A stretch of DNA of 64,000 bases, from contig OZ024743.1 in NCBI GenBank assembly GCA_964016885.1, positions 24,180,001 to 24,244,000 of the forward strand. The letters are read 5' to 3'. This DNA comes from Eledone cirrhosa (taxonomy: Eukaryota). Below, piece by piece: positions 39,401 through 51,461 of the stretch. A program made the position numbers and the translations under genes. How positions within the stretch are numbered: the first letter of the stretch is position 1; every line of letters starts with the position of its first letter. Under the pieces are notes generated by a model, which was given only the letters and a program-made list of their open reading frames with translations, was not told where the DNA came from and did not search any database.

Positions 39401-41169
39401 TCTCTCTGTTTCGGCTTGTCCTTCATCCCTGCTTCATCTGCAGATATTGTAGGCCTCACCCTCAAGTTGATTTCATCGACTCTCTGTTTCATCTTGTCCT
39501 TCGTCCCTGCTTCATCTGCAGATGTTGTAGGCCTCACCCTCAAGTTGATTTCATCGTCTGTCTGTTTTGACTTGTTCATGCCTGCTTTACTTGCAATTTT
39601 TGTAGGCCTCGCGGTCAAGTTGATTTCATCGTCTCTCTGTTTCGACTTGTTCATGCCTGCTTTACCTGCAGTTTTTGTAGGCGTCACCCTCAAGTTGATT
39701 TCATCGTCTGTCTGTTTCGACTTGTTCATGCCTTCTTCATCTGCAGTTTCTTTAGGCTCCTCTTTCACTTCACTTGTATCTGATTTTTTTATGTATGTTT
39801 CTGCTGATCGTGCGTTATAATCTTTTTTAAATTTATATTGGCTATCTTGTGTGTAGTCCTTTAAACCTAGTTGTGAATCAGTAAGTTGTGTCTCCGTTAC
39901 ATAATATGGAAAATCCATGTCGTGTAATTCTGAATCAAACAGCTGTGGTCCTGTCCCATGTCCCTTCCTGACATCAGTTGATTGCATTGCCTGATTTTGC
40001 ATACTAACACGTGACCTCTTTGATATCCCAATATTGGCGTCTAGTGCTTGTTGTTCAGATCCTACAGTACATTCAACTATCTGGCCTGATTTTTTATATT
40101 TCTGTTCAATACTACTTTCGCTTTCTCTATCATGTTTGATTTCAACTTTCGATATTTTTTTCCTCTCCGGTAAATCAACCTCACAATTCTGATATATATC
40201 CCCAGGTGACTCAATGTATTGCGCGACTTCACTGTCAGCTAATGTATGGTCTATTTGAATGAATGTTTGATCGCCACTATCTTTCATCTTTACATGTCTA
40301 CCGCAACTTTCTGATACCGATACATGTTCGTAATTATTTGATATTGATACATGATCTGTTGCCAGTGCACGTTCACAAATATCTAATACCGGTTCAGTTT
40401 CACAACAATAATCTAATACAGGTTCCCTTTCACAACAATATTCTGATATCGGTACACCTTCAAAACTATCTGACGCTGGTATACGGTCGCAAGAGCAGTC
40501 TAACAATGGTGCAATTGTGTGACAGTCTGGCATTTTCTCCGAAATTGACACTGCTGTTTGCTCTTGTAGTAAATCTGTCTTATTTTCCTGATAGTATTCG
40601 TTATTTGGACTCGTGTGTTTTATGACTTCATGGGTAAATATTGTTTGGCCAGTGTCAACACATGTTTGATCGTAATAATTATCTGATACCGGCACCTGTT
40701 GACAAGTACACTCCGAAAGTAGTTCAGTTTCACAATACTCTGGTATCTCCCCTCGCATTGAACAAGTTTTTCCTGTGATCTCTGGTAAGGTTCGAAGTTC
40801 ACAATTCTCATTTGTGATGTCCAAAGATGCTGCAGATCTACCATTGTCACTCGAATCCCCCGAAAACCTATGTCGTACATGTGGTGTTTCTATTACTGTC
40901 AGAGCTTCACAAGGGTCTCTTACAGTATTTGAAGCTGAGTTGTCTGAATGTGTTAGCGGTCTAGAGACGTGTTCCGCAATCACTGAAACCGTGCATGGAT
41001 CAGAGGTCGTCCTTACAATATCCGAACAAGGCTCTGGTTCTTGTCTATCATTCACTGAATCTACTTGGCTACAATTCTGTTTTTTTGTAGCTGAGGCGAT
41101 TAATCTTCGACAGTTCGCTTCCGTGATCTCCGAAAGAGTTAGTGGTGAATAATTATCGGACGAAGACAT
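36403..41169 (-). CDS. Paralogue 2: 1588-aa protein with a Cys-rich N-region, Lys/Thr-rich 26-27-aa repeats and acidic 13-aa (ESLEEVDTSEMQD)n repeats
   Basis: Uninterrupted 4.8-kb ORF; the N-terminus aligns with paralogue 1 (SPxTLSxIT..N.RRLIASA); C-terminal YEI...CLQNLHIEI and TNYVYSPY. Confidence 0.85.
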   Translation of the reverse strand: MSSSDNYSPLTLSEITEANCRRLIASATKKQNCSQVDSVNDRQEPEPCSDIVRTTSDPCTVSVIAEHVSRPLTHSDNSASNTVRDPCEALTVIETPHVRHRFSGDSSDNGRSAASLDITNENCELRTLPEITGKTCSMRGEIPEYCETELLSECTCQQVPVSDNYYDQTCVDTGQTIFTHEVIKHTSPNNEYYQENKTDLLQEQTAVSISEKMPDCHTIAPLLDCSCDRIPASDSFEGVPISEYCCEREPVLDYCCETEPVLDICERALATDHVSISNNYEHVSVSESCGRHVKMKDSGDQTFIQIDHTLADSEVAQYIESPGDIYQNCEVDLPERKKISKVEIKHDRESESSIEQKYKKSGQIVECTVGSEQQALDANIGISKRSRVSMQNQAMQSTDVRKGHGTGPQLFDSELHDMDFPYYVTETQLTDSQLGLKDYTQDSQYKFKKDYNARSAETYIKKSDTSEVKEEPKETADEEGMNKSKQTDDEINLRVTPTKTAGKAGMNKSKQRDDEINLTARPTKIASKAGMNKSKQTDDEINLRVRPTTSADEAGTKDKMKQRVDEINLRVRPTISADEAGMKDKPKQRDDEINLRVRPTTSADEAGMKDKPKQRDDEINLRVRPTTSAYEAGMKDKPKQRDDEINLTARPTKIASKAGMNKSKQRDDEFNLKVKGTTSAYGAGMKDKPKQRDGEINLTLKPTQTVNKAGMNDKSTQTDGEINLKVGPTNTAGKTGMKAKSTQTDGEINLTLKPTQTAGKAGMNDKSTQTDGEINLKVGPTNTAGKTGMKAKSTQTDGEINLTVRPTKTAGKTGMNDKSTQTDGEINLKVGPTNTAGKTGMKAKSTQTDGEINLTVRPTKTAGKTGMNDKSTKKDDEINLTVRPTTISDRAGINYKSKQADDKIYLKVGPTKTADKAGINYKSKLRDDKINLKVRPTKTVDKAGINYKSKQTDDKINLKVRPTKTADKTGINYKSKQTDDKINLKVRPTITADKAGIKYKSKQADDNINLKVRPTITADKAGIKYKSKQADDNINFKVRPTITADKAGIKYKSKQTDDNINLKVRPTITADKAGIKYKSKQTDDNINLKVEPTITANKSGIIYKSKPRDDKIKMKVRLSVASKSLEEADKSEMQDESLEEADKSEMQDESLEEVDTSEMQDESLEEVDTSEMQDESLEEVDTSEMQDESLEEVDKSEMQDESLEEVDESEMQDESLEEVDESEMQDKSLAEESTSEIYEEPTETEEISENSTKTKDKIDFEEEPTAKRKKVKGKVKKTDLPKIYCTSFPCLKQSYEMACWNKPISASDCFREPIYESECCDHCCNRAHGKVTEYIDSDDAINQETNLQEEKTKSRSANEDDIKSDGRTKIKKKRKHSVQPIDTREAKKKSMKSAETTKVKRKTRKRPGTNRIKKDLIESSDAAEHERRAEPVFLTEVSEASDPPVFKNKVKEERLLPVNLSSQATKRNEYSYPPVSQHVNPLSRTFEICEGLNRILLNSGNGDEYEILVSLPYSRRGYCLQNLHIEIIDEINGAGYRHVYRDCYGRLTGSCDIMQRRITQPYTNHITNYVYSPYMNSWMMPNYNQVMS

Positions 41170-41189
41170 TGTCGCGGGTAGTTAGTTGC

Positions 41190-42080
41190 TTTTAGTAGCG
41201 GTTGAGATATCTCTGATGTTCCGGATTTTAGGTGAGCTCTCTCTGTTTTTAGTGCAGGATAATTTTGTTTCTTGCTATCATCTCATGACCTATTCAAGTC
41301 AATGTCATTTGCTACCACCGATGTGGTATAGTCAAGATACTATTGATGTGGTATAGTCAAAATACTATTGATGTTTGTTTTAACATTTTTTGCAATATCA
41401 TTTCTTGCAAACTCAACTACATTAAAATATTAATAAATAAGCTTAAGATTGCGTATGTACTTTAATTTTACCAACATAACGAAGTTATGAAAACAAAAAT
41501 TCATTTTACCTTTACAGTTGTAATTTTCTTTCATTTTCTATACGTTCAACTGTCTACTCGGATAATATAAACCCGCTTCTACGACTACATATCTATACTA
41601 AACTATAAGAGCTACGTCATTCCATAGCGTCTTATTAGCGTCTCTAGAGGAGAATTGTGTAATAAATGCAGCAACCTCACACCACAACCACAATAAGAAA
41701 ATATGAAACAAAAGAGATAACGGTTTTTGTGCCATACTAACTATATTAACTACTGTTCCTCTTGTTGGAAATAAATTCCAGTTATTAATTCTTTTCCCGA
41801 TTATCCGAATATAAATCTAAAATCTGGGTGAATGTGATTAAATTCATAATACATAAAAATTGTTATTAAGTGCATCACATCCTAATATATAACAAACGAA
41901 GTTTTAAAAATACAGTTGACGCTTTTTTTTTCTTCTTATTTTGCTTTACGTCGCTAGTGACTGCAGTGATGGTGATGATGATAGTATTAAATTGTGATGG
42001 TGTTTCTTTTTTTTTTTATTTTCAATAGAATTTTGTTATCAAGCAGACATTCTCTTAATGTGACAGATTTAAATATAGAA
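41190..42080 (-). promoter_or_regulatory. Conserved upstream region of paralogue 2
   Basis: Same ordered blocks as 20740-21535 and 59835-60710. Confidence 0.7.
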
Positions 42081-42132
42081 AGGTCATTTATTCAGTGTGT
42101 ATCATAATGGCGGTATCTAAAAAGATAATAAA

Positions 42133-42285
42133 TAATTGTTTCTACATTTGGCACAAGGCCAGCAATTACCAAGTACATTACCGGTACTTTATTTTACTTC
42201 GACCCCGTAAGGATGAAAGGCAAAGTTAACCTCGGCGGGATTTGAACTCAATTCATAAAGGGACGTAACTCTATGCTAGAAAGCA
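42133..42285 (-). mobile_element. tRNA-derived SINE (main family)
   Basis: Same consensus as 26341-26480. Confidence 0.85.
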
Positions 42286-42731
42286 CAGGAATACACAAAA
42301 TAGAGAAAAGGAAAATGTAGAGGAAGGAAAACTAAATAAAAAATGGAAGTTGGTAAAGGAGAGAGCAAATTCTACACTAATGACTGGAGGAAACCTGCAG
42401 ACCGGGAACCAAATACACCAAAAACCTTCATGGCTAACAGCCCAAAAAGGAAGCGGTTTGTCGAAGTATATGTTTATCTTTCACTAATCTGCGTTACGGA
42501 GAGCGGAGTCTGGATTTATGGCGGAGGCGATGCGATTGGAATCGGAGAACGTGTCGCAATCAGTGGAATCCCATATTAGTGATTTACTCATCTTGAAAGT
42601 GAAAAGAGTTATCCCGTTTGGGCACCTACTGCAACGACGGTCAAGGCTGACAGGCTCTAATTGTCAGAACTGAACGAATGCTGTATACGGTGTCAACAAA
42701 TAGTTTCGCCGCAATTCCAATTTATCACCTG

Positions 42732-43075
42732 CTAGCTGACGTACCCAGCTTCGCCTGGGGAACAGATGATATGAGAAGATCAGTAGAAAGGAAAACCACT
42801 GTATTCAATGCTTTGTAAGGTTTACAGTACGAAGTTAAAAAGTGAACTTTATGGTCATATCAAAACTGGTTCTAACAGGGAACTGAAATCTTGAGAATTT
42901 GAACGGCAGCTCGGTAAAGGAAGGGATCAGAGGAATATTGGGAATAAATGCATTTCTCCTAGAATAGTGACTTGTAGGAGATGGTTCATCTTCCCCCTGA
43001 TTGTTAAGCGTGTACCATCGCATAGACGTCTCTGGTCCAAGTTTCTCAAAAGGATGATGGGAGTTTGAATCTTTT
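42732..43075 (-). mobile_element. Helitron 3' end remnant with PIF1-like helicase fragment
   Basis: Minus strand encodes PIILLRNLDQRRLCDGTRL and AFIPNIPLIPS..LPFKFSRFQFPVRTSFDMTI; ends with the hairpin cccaggcgaagctggg then CTAG (42732-42735). Confidence 0.8.
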
Positions 43076-43099
43076 ATATTATATATAGATATAGATAGG

Positions 43100-43300
43100 A
43101 ACGTCGGAAGACCCGCGAAGTGAGGGGGCAGGCTGTTGCAGCGGGTGTCGCTGGCCATTGTCCGCGAAAATGCTTTTGCAGTTTTGTTCGCGGAGCGCAT
43201 CCCCAACACCGCCACGCCATGGGCCCAGAGCCCATCACCCTCTGCCTTTCTCTACTCCTTCCCCATTTGTAATGTTATTTATACAATCGTAAATAAAATT
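43100..43300 (+). mobile_element. CRE-like 3' end fragment
   Basis: LLQRVSLAIVRENAFAVL; DNA similar to 23932-24000. Confidence 0.65.
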
Positions 43301-43454
43301 AATATATTACGTCGTAGAGCAGGAACAAATTCTTGCTTTGGAAAAAATATATTTTTACTATGAAAAAATTAGGAGACTAATATTCTTTATACAATAGCCG
43401 AATGGTTTCCAGCTCCATATATGGAAAAAATGATGTTAATAAAAGGAAGAGAAT

Positions 43455-43485
<31 letters not shown>

Positions 43486-44451
43486 GGGGGGGGGGGGGGG
43501 CGTGTGTGTGTTTGTGTAAACCAGGGTTCGATTTGGAGACGCTGACCGCGAAACACGATCGTTGACAACTAACGTGTAGAAAGAATCCCTTATAGTTGAT
43601 TCTCAACCTGCTAGAAATAGCAGTCTGCATACCCGGGATGTTTTTCTTCTTCTTTGATTTAAAAAAAAATGCGTATCAATAAATCTTCCTGGGTATACCC
43701 TTATTTATCAATTTTCGTTTTTGTCTGATGAACGAAGGAACCAAGCAACAAACATCTCTCTTTTACATTATGTATAGATGAGTTGTACGAGTTTATTGTA
43801 AGTCTTATGTGTGGTAGACCTAGGATTATGTTCTGAAGATCTTTAACTTCAGGTTTTACAGAGCATAGATATAGAAAAGCATATGTATATGCATGTATAG
43901 ACCTACATTCATATAATTGAGAACATTTCGTCTGGTGCGCCTTTAATATGCTCACTCAGTGGAATCCCTTTTGTTTTATATCATTGTCAGTTATCCCGAT
44001 GTAATTTTCCCCATACCTTCAGAATATTAAAATATAGACAAGATTACCACATGAACACTGTTTTTATGTTTAAACGTTTGCACATCTTTCAAACTGAATG
44101 TTGACCTTTCCAGCATGTATTCACAATTTCCGCAATTAGTTTTTTCGTTACTTGTCGATTGGGAATCTGTTTGGAAATAATTGCACTTGTGAGTATTCTT
44201 TTCAATTTTTCCAGTTACTGTTTGCTCTTTATAATTCGCTGATTCTCCAGGACATTTTCATTTTTTTAATCATTATCCAAAACAAGTAGATTCTTATGAA
44301 CATAATTATCAATTTCAAAATCTTCGGGTAGAATTTTCATATAAATGGAAGTATATCAAAATTGGTTGTGTTTCGTGTGTATCTTACAGTTTATTCGAAT
44401 GTATAATATATGCGAAGGAACTGAGAGAAAACTTAAGACGTTTTCAAGCCC

Positions 44452-44825
44452 CAAAACCCTCGTCTGGGATTCCACTTGCAGCGACACTTTCTCCAGCCGC
44501 AACGTGGTGCAGTCTGCGACCAACCCAGGTACTGCTGCATGTCGGGCTGAGGAGGCCAAACTCTCCAAGTATCGGTTGCTCTCCGACAGGTTCGCGGTCG
44601 TGGCCTTGGCAGTGCAACCTCTGGGTTCTTTAGCCCTAGGGCTACCTCCCTATTCACCTCCATAGGCGCTGAGCTGGCCAGCCGCAGTTGTGAGCCTCGT
44701 GAGTTGAAATGGCTCTTCCAGCGCATCTCCCTTATCATCCTCCGGGGAAACGTCTTCTCCAACCTGCCCACCGGGGCTGTGGGGAGGCCAGCACGTAGGA
44801 CCCCATTTGCTCACCATACGGATTA
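44452..44825 (+). mobile_element. CRE-like RLE domain fragment
   Basis: KTLVWDSTCSDTF...AEEAKLSKY...FAVVALAVQPLG and WLFQRISLIILRGN. Confidence 0.75.
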
Positions 44826-45159
44826 ATAGGCAAAGTTATAAACTGTTGTAAATAAATAATTATTGTGGTTTGCTTTAAAAAAAAAAAAAAAAAATTGATC
44901 CTTGGAATCCTTTTAAGTATACTTCGTTAGGTAATTAGAGACTAATATTGTATTAACATGTCTTGGATTATTACTTAAATTTGTTGTAAATATTTATAAT
45001 ATGATATAAGAGAAAGATGAGAGTTGACTGTTTTAATATAAAGTGTTGTCTGGGCAGTAATCTAGTTATTGCACTGCTGGTTTAAATTTTAGATAAATCA
45101 TTTTCTTCTAATTTTACCCTCCCTACTTCTCTTTCTTTGCATCCCTCTCTTTTGGGACG

Positions 45160-45193
<34 letters not shown>

Positions 45194-45494
45194 CCTCTCC
45201 CTCTCTCTCTTGGGACGTGTCACTCTCTTTGGAGGTGTCTCTCTTTATTTCGTATCCCCTTAAGTTTTCTGTCTCGAATTCCATTAGGTGTTACAAAATA
45301 CGTAACATTTTTGGCGTCAAACTGTTTTATTCTGCCTTTAATCTTTCTTTGATCTCTCTCTCCCCCCCCCCCACACACACACCCACACACACATACATTC
45401 AGCACGACAGTAGAGCGCCTATGAGGACCTGGGAACGAATTTTTATTAGTAAGCGTGAATGAATATAAAAGCAAAAGGAGATTAGCTTCACAGA

Positions 45495-45990
45495 TTTTAA
45501 CAAGTGTCCTTGTTGACAGTTCGAGGTAAACTCTACAGCATGGAAGTGCTGTCAGCGGGGCCTGTCCGATGCGCACAGAGTGACGAAACTATCCTGCACA
45601 CAATCGCCCGGTGTCCGAGTATTGATGACTTGTGCGTATATGTCGAACAACTACTGTCACGTATAGGACTAATCCGGTTATCAACCGAATCCATTATGAA
45701 GATTGTCCCACCGTCTTCCTTTAGTCAGGAAGGTTTGGATGTTTTTATTTGTCTTGTGGCCATGGCCAAAGAGGTTGTATGGTTGACGCACTTGAAAGAT
45801 TTGAAGACGAGCACTTTCCTATTCGTTGAAGCCATGATTAACTTCTTCAGGTTTCACTCGAAGAGGAAAATCAGGGTGGAGAGGGAAGTGCTGCCTTCAA
45901 AGCAGTTTGTTGAAAGGTGGGTGAGAGAGGTGAGCATGCCCTTGTGTGAATGGGCTCGCTATGAGTGTGAGCCAGTATATTAGAGGAGAA
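45495..45990 (+). mobile_element. Tx1-like ORF2 C-terminal fragment related to the 27-33 kb LINE
   Basis: CAQSDETILHTIARCPSI...FICLVAMAKEVVW matches CGQSDETVLHALVQCPCI...FLCLVAVAKEVVW. Confidence 0.85.
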
Positions 45991-46171
45991 CAACTTGCCC
46001 CAGAGATCAGAGAGCACACGTGATTTTATGAGTTTTGTTTCCACGAGTGACCTCCAACGTCTACTCTCTATTGAGGAATTCACATTGATTATTTTTTTTT
46101 ATTGTTATCTTTCTTTTTTACTATTGTTAAATCTGTTTACACGCAAAACAGAAACACCTACACAATCACAT

Positions 46172-46279
<108 letters not shown>

Positions 46280-46436
46280 AGATACACACACACACACACA
46301 CACATACACATACATACACACAACCTGTTTCCGTTCTGTGCCATCCTAATGTTTTCTTGACATTAAGCCTTGTGGTGAATAATTAAATCATTATTATTAT
46401 TGTTGTTGTTTTGTCGCTTGGAGTGCAGCCTTTTGA

Positions 46437-48992
46437 AGTGAGAAAATCGACCCCAGTACGTTACTGGTACTTTATCAACCCCGTAAGGATGAAAGGAAAA
46501 CTAACCTCAGCTTGATTTTAACTCAGAAGGTAAAGGGGCATAACTACAAGCCGCAAACACTGACCGACGCTCTAACGATATTGCCTTTCCACTGCCTTTA
46601 TGGTGATGAGGATAATTATGATATTCGAGGTTAAATGGGATTCCCACATAAACCTTAAGTGACATCAAACCATCTAGAAGGAAAACTCAGACGTCAAACC
46701 AATTCCCGATGTCTACAAACACCGAGTTGATATTTGGCGAGATTTTGTAACATATCATAGGTGGAATGACGTCTTACACCATGGCTATGACAATAATTCT
46801 ACACGTGATGCGTGGAAACAAACATTCGTTGTTCTCCTGAAACATTCCCAGCTATCTAAACTATAATAAAGTAAGAAGCGCGGGACTGCGTACGGTTTAT
46901 AATTTGTTATCCCCTTAGTAAAATAAGTTGGATTAATTTGAATAAATAATTGTTCCTACTTTCGGCACAAGGCCAGCAATTACCCAGTACATTACTGGTA
47001 CTTTATTTTATCGACCCCGTAAGGATGAAAGGCAAAGTTAACCTCGGCGGGATTTGAACTCAGAGCATAAAGGGCCGTAACTTTTTGCTGACCCTCTACC
47101 GATACTGCCAATCCACCAATAATGAATGAATATTACATAATTTATCTACTAAATTTCGTGGCTGTTCATTAAATATATTTTATTACTTATTTAAAGATTC
47201 ACTTCTTTAACATTTTCAAATGTCAACACTTCCGGTTAGCGATCGTTTAAATAAATATTCATATATTTCTGTCACTAATTTCCTCCTAACGCAGTTTATA
47301 TATAATATCGTCTTTTTTTTTAATGTATCATGGATTACGTTACTGATTGCATAAGACAGTGTAACAAACACACTCTTCGTTCAATTTCTGTGTATATTAT
47401 CAATTACGATTTTATTTGATGTATCATATCTACATGCATATATACTTGAGTATAATATCAATATACACACTACACATACTAGCAGAAAACCACCCGAAGA
47501 GTGGTTTTTCTGCTAGTTTGTTTAAGACAGTGTAGACTTCCTTTAATTTAATTTAATTCTTATTTGTCTAATTAACAGTAGTGAATTGATGTTTATAATT
47601 GTTTCTACTTTTGGCACAAGGCCAGCAATTATCCTAGTGTATTACTGGTACTTTATTTTATCGACCCCGTAAGGATAAAAGGCAAAGTTAACCTCGGCGG
47701 GATTTGAACTCAGATCATAAAGGGCTGTAACTCTCTGCTGCAAAGCATGGCATCCGACTTTCTAACGATACTGCCAATCCGAAACAATTTCTTCTTCTTC
47801 TTCTTCTTCTTCAAACACTCCCTCGAGCAGGTCCTGTCAGAAGCAACCGTCTCCAACTGATCCGGCTGGATCCCCAAGCGTGACCAGCCAAGCTCTTGGA
47901 TGTTATCCAAATAAAAAACAAAATACTTACACCAAATAAATATATAATATATTACATTTTTAACTGTGTAACTCCATTACAAAGAATATACATGTATTTC
48001 AAATATATTTATGCTGAGGGCGGTGGATTGGCAGTATCGGTACAGAGTTGGACGCCATGCTTTGCAGCATAGAGTTACGGCCCTTTATGATCTGAGTTCA
48101 AATCCGACCGAGGTTAACTTTGCCTTTCATCTTTACGGGGTCGATAAAATAAAGTACCAGTCACGCACTGGGGCCGATTTAATGAACTTTCCCCTCCCCT
48201 AAAATTGTTGGTCTTGTGTGGCTATATAAAAAACCATTATCCTGTTCCAAGTAATTACACATTCACTGAGTTATTACTTTACCAATCAACGCCGGTTATT
48301 ACTCCTAGTTTCCATTATAAAGTCAGAATATTTGGAATTGGTTAACTGTACAATTTTCCTAATGATAACTGCAAATCAGAAATTAATTATCAATAAACTG
48401 GTGAATAACATGTGAAATTAAAATTGTATGAAAAATAGAAACGAGCTTTTTAATTTTCAGTCGTATTGCAATTTTCTTTTGATTTTTACTATATTGATTT
48501 TTTTTTTGTTCGATAGCGGTGTAGGTATTGTCCTTATCTCGTACTAACCATATTAGCCGGTTGGATATAGCCCAGTATATTGGGTCCATATGTCTTTCTA
48601 AATGGTTTTGTAATAAATTAATTATTTCTGATTTAGGCACAAGACCGACAATTTGAGGGGATGGGAAAATCGATTAAATCGACCCCAGTGCATTACTGGT
48701 GCTTAATTTTATTGAAAGGCGAAGCTAACCTCGGCGGGATTTGAACTCAGAACGTAAAGGGCCATTACTCTATACCGCTAAGCATGGTTTAGTTTTGTAA
48801 GAAATGAATGGTTTCTTATATAGTCACAAGCCAGCAACTTTGGGGGCGGGGGAAGTCGATTAAATCGACTCCAGTGTGTGACTGGTACTTTTGTTTATCG
48901 ACCCCGTAAGGATGAAAGGCAAAGTTAACCTTGAACTCAAAACGTAAAGGGCCATAACTCTATACCGCAAAGCATGGTTTGGTTTTGTAAGA
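46437..48992. mobile_element. Cluster of six main-family SINEs: about 46437-46597 (-), 46950-47117 (-), 47597-47780 (-), 48016-48240 (+), 48622-48790 (-), 48815-48992 (-)
   Basis: Each copy carries part or all of the A-box (tggcagtatcgg), B-box (gagttcaaatcc) and ggggtcgataaaataaagtaccagt segments. Confidence 0.85.
47788..47912 (-). mobile_element. RTE-like LINE 3' end with (GAA)n tail
   Basis: Translates RLGIQPDQLETVASDRTCSR before a trinucleotide tail. Confidence 0.45.
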
Positions 48993-49259
48993 AATTAATA
49001 AAAACTATACATAAATACACTAACAAATTCCTAAATGTCGATACTTATATAGTTTTACTTTATTTCTGTTCAGGTAAATTACATTTCAAAATGTTAGCTG
49101 ATGAAAACTATAAATAGATTATATTTTCATCTTATCTTTTATTGCTTTAAATTTATACTGTGTGGTTTTTTTGTCCGGTAGTAGTGGGGTTTTTGTCCAG
49201 TTGGGGTTTGCGTCTCCCTATCTTCACAAAAAGTATTGGTTGTGGTTGTTATTTTAAAG

Positions 49260-49490
49260 AGTGTACAAAAGGACGACTATATGAACCCTGTGTGCGAAGA
49301 ATGATGTCAATGGAAGGAATTTGCAATAGATGTAGACCAAGAATTCCCTGGGTATACGTTGTGAGTGTTGACCTCAAATCATTGAGACTCATAGAACCAT
49401 TGACAACGGATCGTGGCGTGTGGAGAGATAGCAGGTTGAGAAGGATCCATAGAAAAGCGAACGCAAAAACGATGATGTCGATGATGATAT
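49260..49490 (+). mobile_element. RTE-like LINE 3' end with (GAT)n tail
   Basis: EGICNRCRPRIPWVYVVSVDLKSL...TTDRGVWR resembles the GxRxRGRP..W...D...DR..WR terminus. Confidence 0.55.
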
Positions 49491-49541
49491 ACGTATATAT
49501 ATGTATATATATATGTATATACGTATATACGTATATATCTG

Positions 49542-49614
<73 letters not shown>

Positions 49615-49671
49615 CGTAAAATAAGAAAATGTTTAAAAAAATTTAAAAAAATTAACTTACTTAAATTTTCA

Positions 49672-49751
49672 CTCCAACTAATTAGTTTCTGCAATGGGAT
49701 AAAGACAGTTACGTAATGAACTGTTGAGAATTTCATTGCGTCATCAGGGAG
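49672..49751 (-). ncRNA. Type I hammerhead ribozyme motif
   Basis: Minus strand: ctcc-CTGATGA-cgcaatg...cattgca-GAAA-ctaattag-TT-ggag; stem I ctcc/ggag, stem II gcaatg/cattgc, palindromic stem III. Confidence 0.65.
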
Positions 49752-49943
49752 GTCTATTCTCAGCCAAGTCTCCAGGCAATGCGCGGACACTGGGGACTCA
49801 TATAAAAATAATAATAATTCGGTAAATGGAACAGCTATCGGGGACTGGATTCCAAGCACTGAAGATTCTCGCTGCCACTGGTCAAATGGCCGATTCTAAA
49901 GAATCAATCACGTGACACTGAGGCTAGTTGGTAGGAGTGGGAT

Positions 49944-50014
<71 letters not shown>

Positions 50015-50329
50015 CACAAACACACAAACACACACACACACACACACAAACACACAAACACATACACATACACATACACACACACAGATATGCATATTTT
50101 GATATTTTGCTGTTCAGGAACTCAGACAAGCCTGTATGTATGTACAACAGCAAGCGTGCGTGTTAGCATATATGTGCTTGTATGTGTGTATATATTTTAT
50201 TTTTTGTTTGTTCTTCTCATTAAAATTCTTAGGATTTCTCTCGAATAGAGAATCAGATTCTAACACTGAAACATTGCTCTTTGAATAGAATTTAGACATC
50301 AACTAAGTAATTATGTATGTCTGTCTCAA

Positions 50330-51050
50330 TGTCTGTATGTATGCAGGTATGGTTTACGTTTGGTTTTGTAGGTTTTGAATTATATGCGCGTATATACATA
50401 TCTTTCTATATCTACATGCGTGTATATGCTGGTGTTACATAGTAAATATTTCTGGTATGTTTTATGTTTTTACAGCTCTAAAAATATATCCTTCTAGTAA
50501 CTTTCCTAATTAAGTTCCTCTATCTAGTTCTATGAAGTTCAGCTTCTCACTATTTGTGCTGAAGGAGTTACTAACATTCCAAATGCCCCATTGGTTACAG
50601 GTATTAATCTGATGCAGATTACTCATGTGTTCGGCATAAAGTTCACCGTTTCATTAATCTTTCACGTTGGATTTCATCTGTTGGGCAACTAATGTACACT
50701 ACTGTACTTGCCTTTTTTCTTTGTCTCATCTCATGGTGTTTGGTCTCTTTGTTTACCAAGTGTTTTAATTCCTATTTAGTCGCTTCTTGTTGCAAATTCA
50801 GTCATCATTGCCTAAATATATAGCACATTCATCATGAGATACCGAAAAACGAAACGCCAGTTCATTGATAGACCAGTTTCGAAATTGGTTTGTAGTTTTG
50901 CCTTGCTATATAATCATACAGGAATATTTATCCTAGACAAGGACCATCCTTATATCGTTCCAGACTGTCGTAAACATGTCAAGTTTTTTTTCATACAGCT
51001 TTTACTTTTCAGATCGTCCACAAAGAGGCTATGTGATAGATTACTATTTT
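50330..51050 (-). mobile_element. Highly decayed, internally deleted R4-like copy
   Basis: Reverse complement has HSLFVDDLK and segments matching 54900-55120. Confidence 0.65.
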
Positions 51051-51461
51051 AGTCAATTATGTTAGAAATAGTCGGGCTGGAGACTCGATCGCGTGGTAGA
51101 ACCACTGGGATTGAAGGACACGTAGCCTTTTTCAGGGCATTCTTCTAGGAGAAGACAACTCAGGAAACTGGGATAACTCTGACATAAAACCTGCGGCTCA
51201 GTAGTTACCGATGAATGATGTTGATCTTTTCTTCTTTTCGGGTTGGAGCTACTGTCTCTCAGAGAGTGAGATTGGCTCAGTGCACAGCCTTTCCTCAATT
51301 AAAAAAAAATATTCATGCATAGGCATTGCACGATAGAATTAATTAATAATTATAAATAATGTTATATCGTGCAATGGCCATACTTGATAACGAGGGGGCA
51401 GCCATCATGTATGTATGTATGTATGTATGTATGTATGTATGTATGTATGTATGTATGTATG

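Noticed and set aside
48016-48115. tRNA genes suggested by A/B boxes
   Set aside because: The boxes belong to multi-copy SINE heads that continue into a shared body; no full cloverleaf seen.
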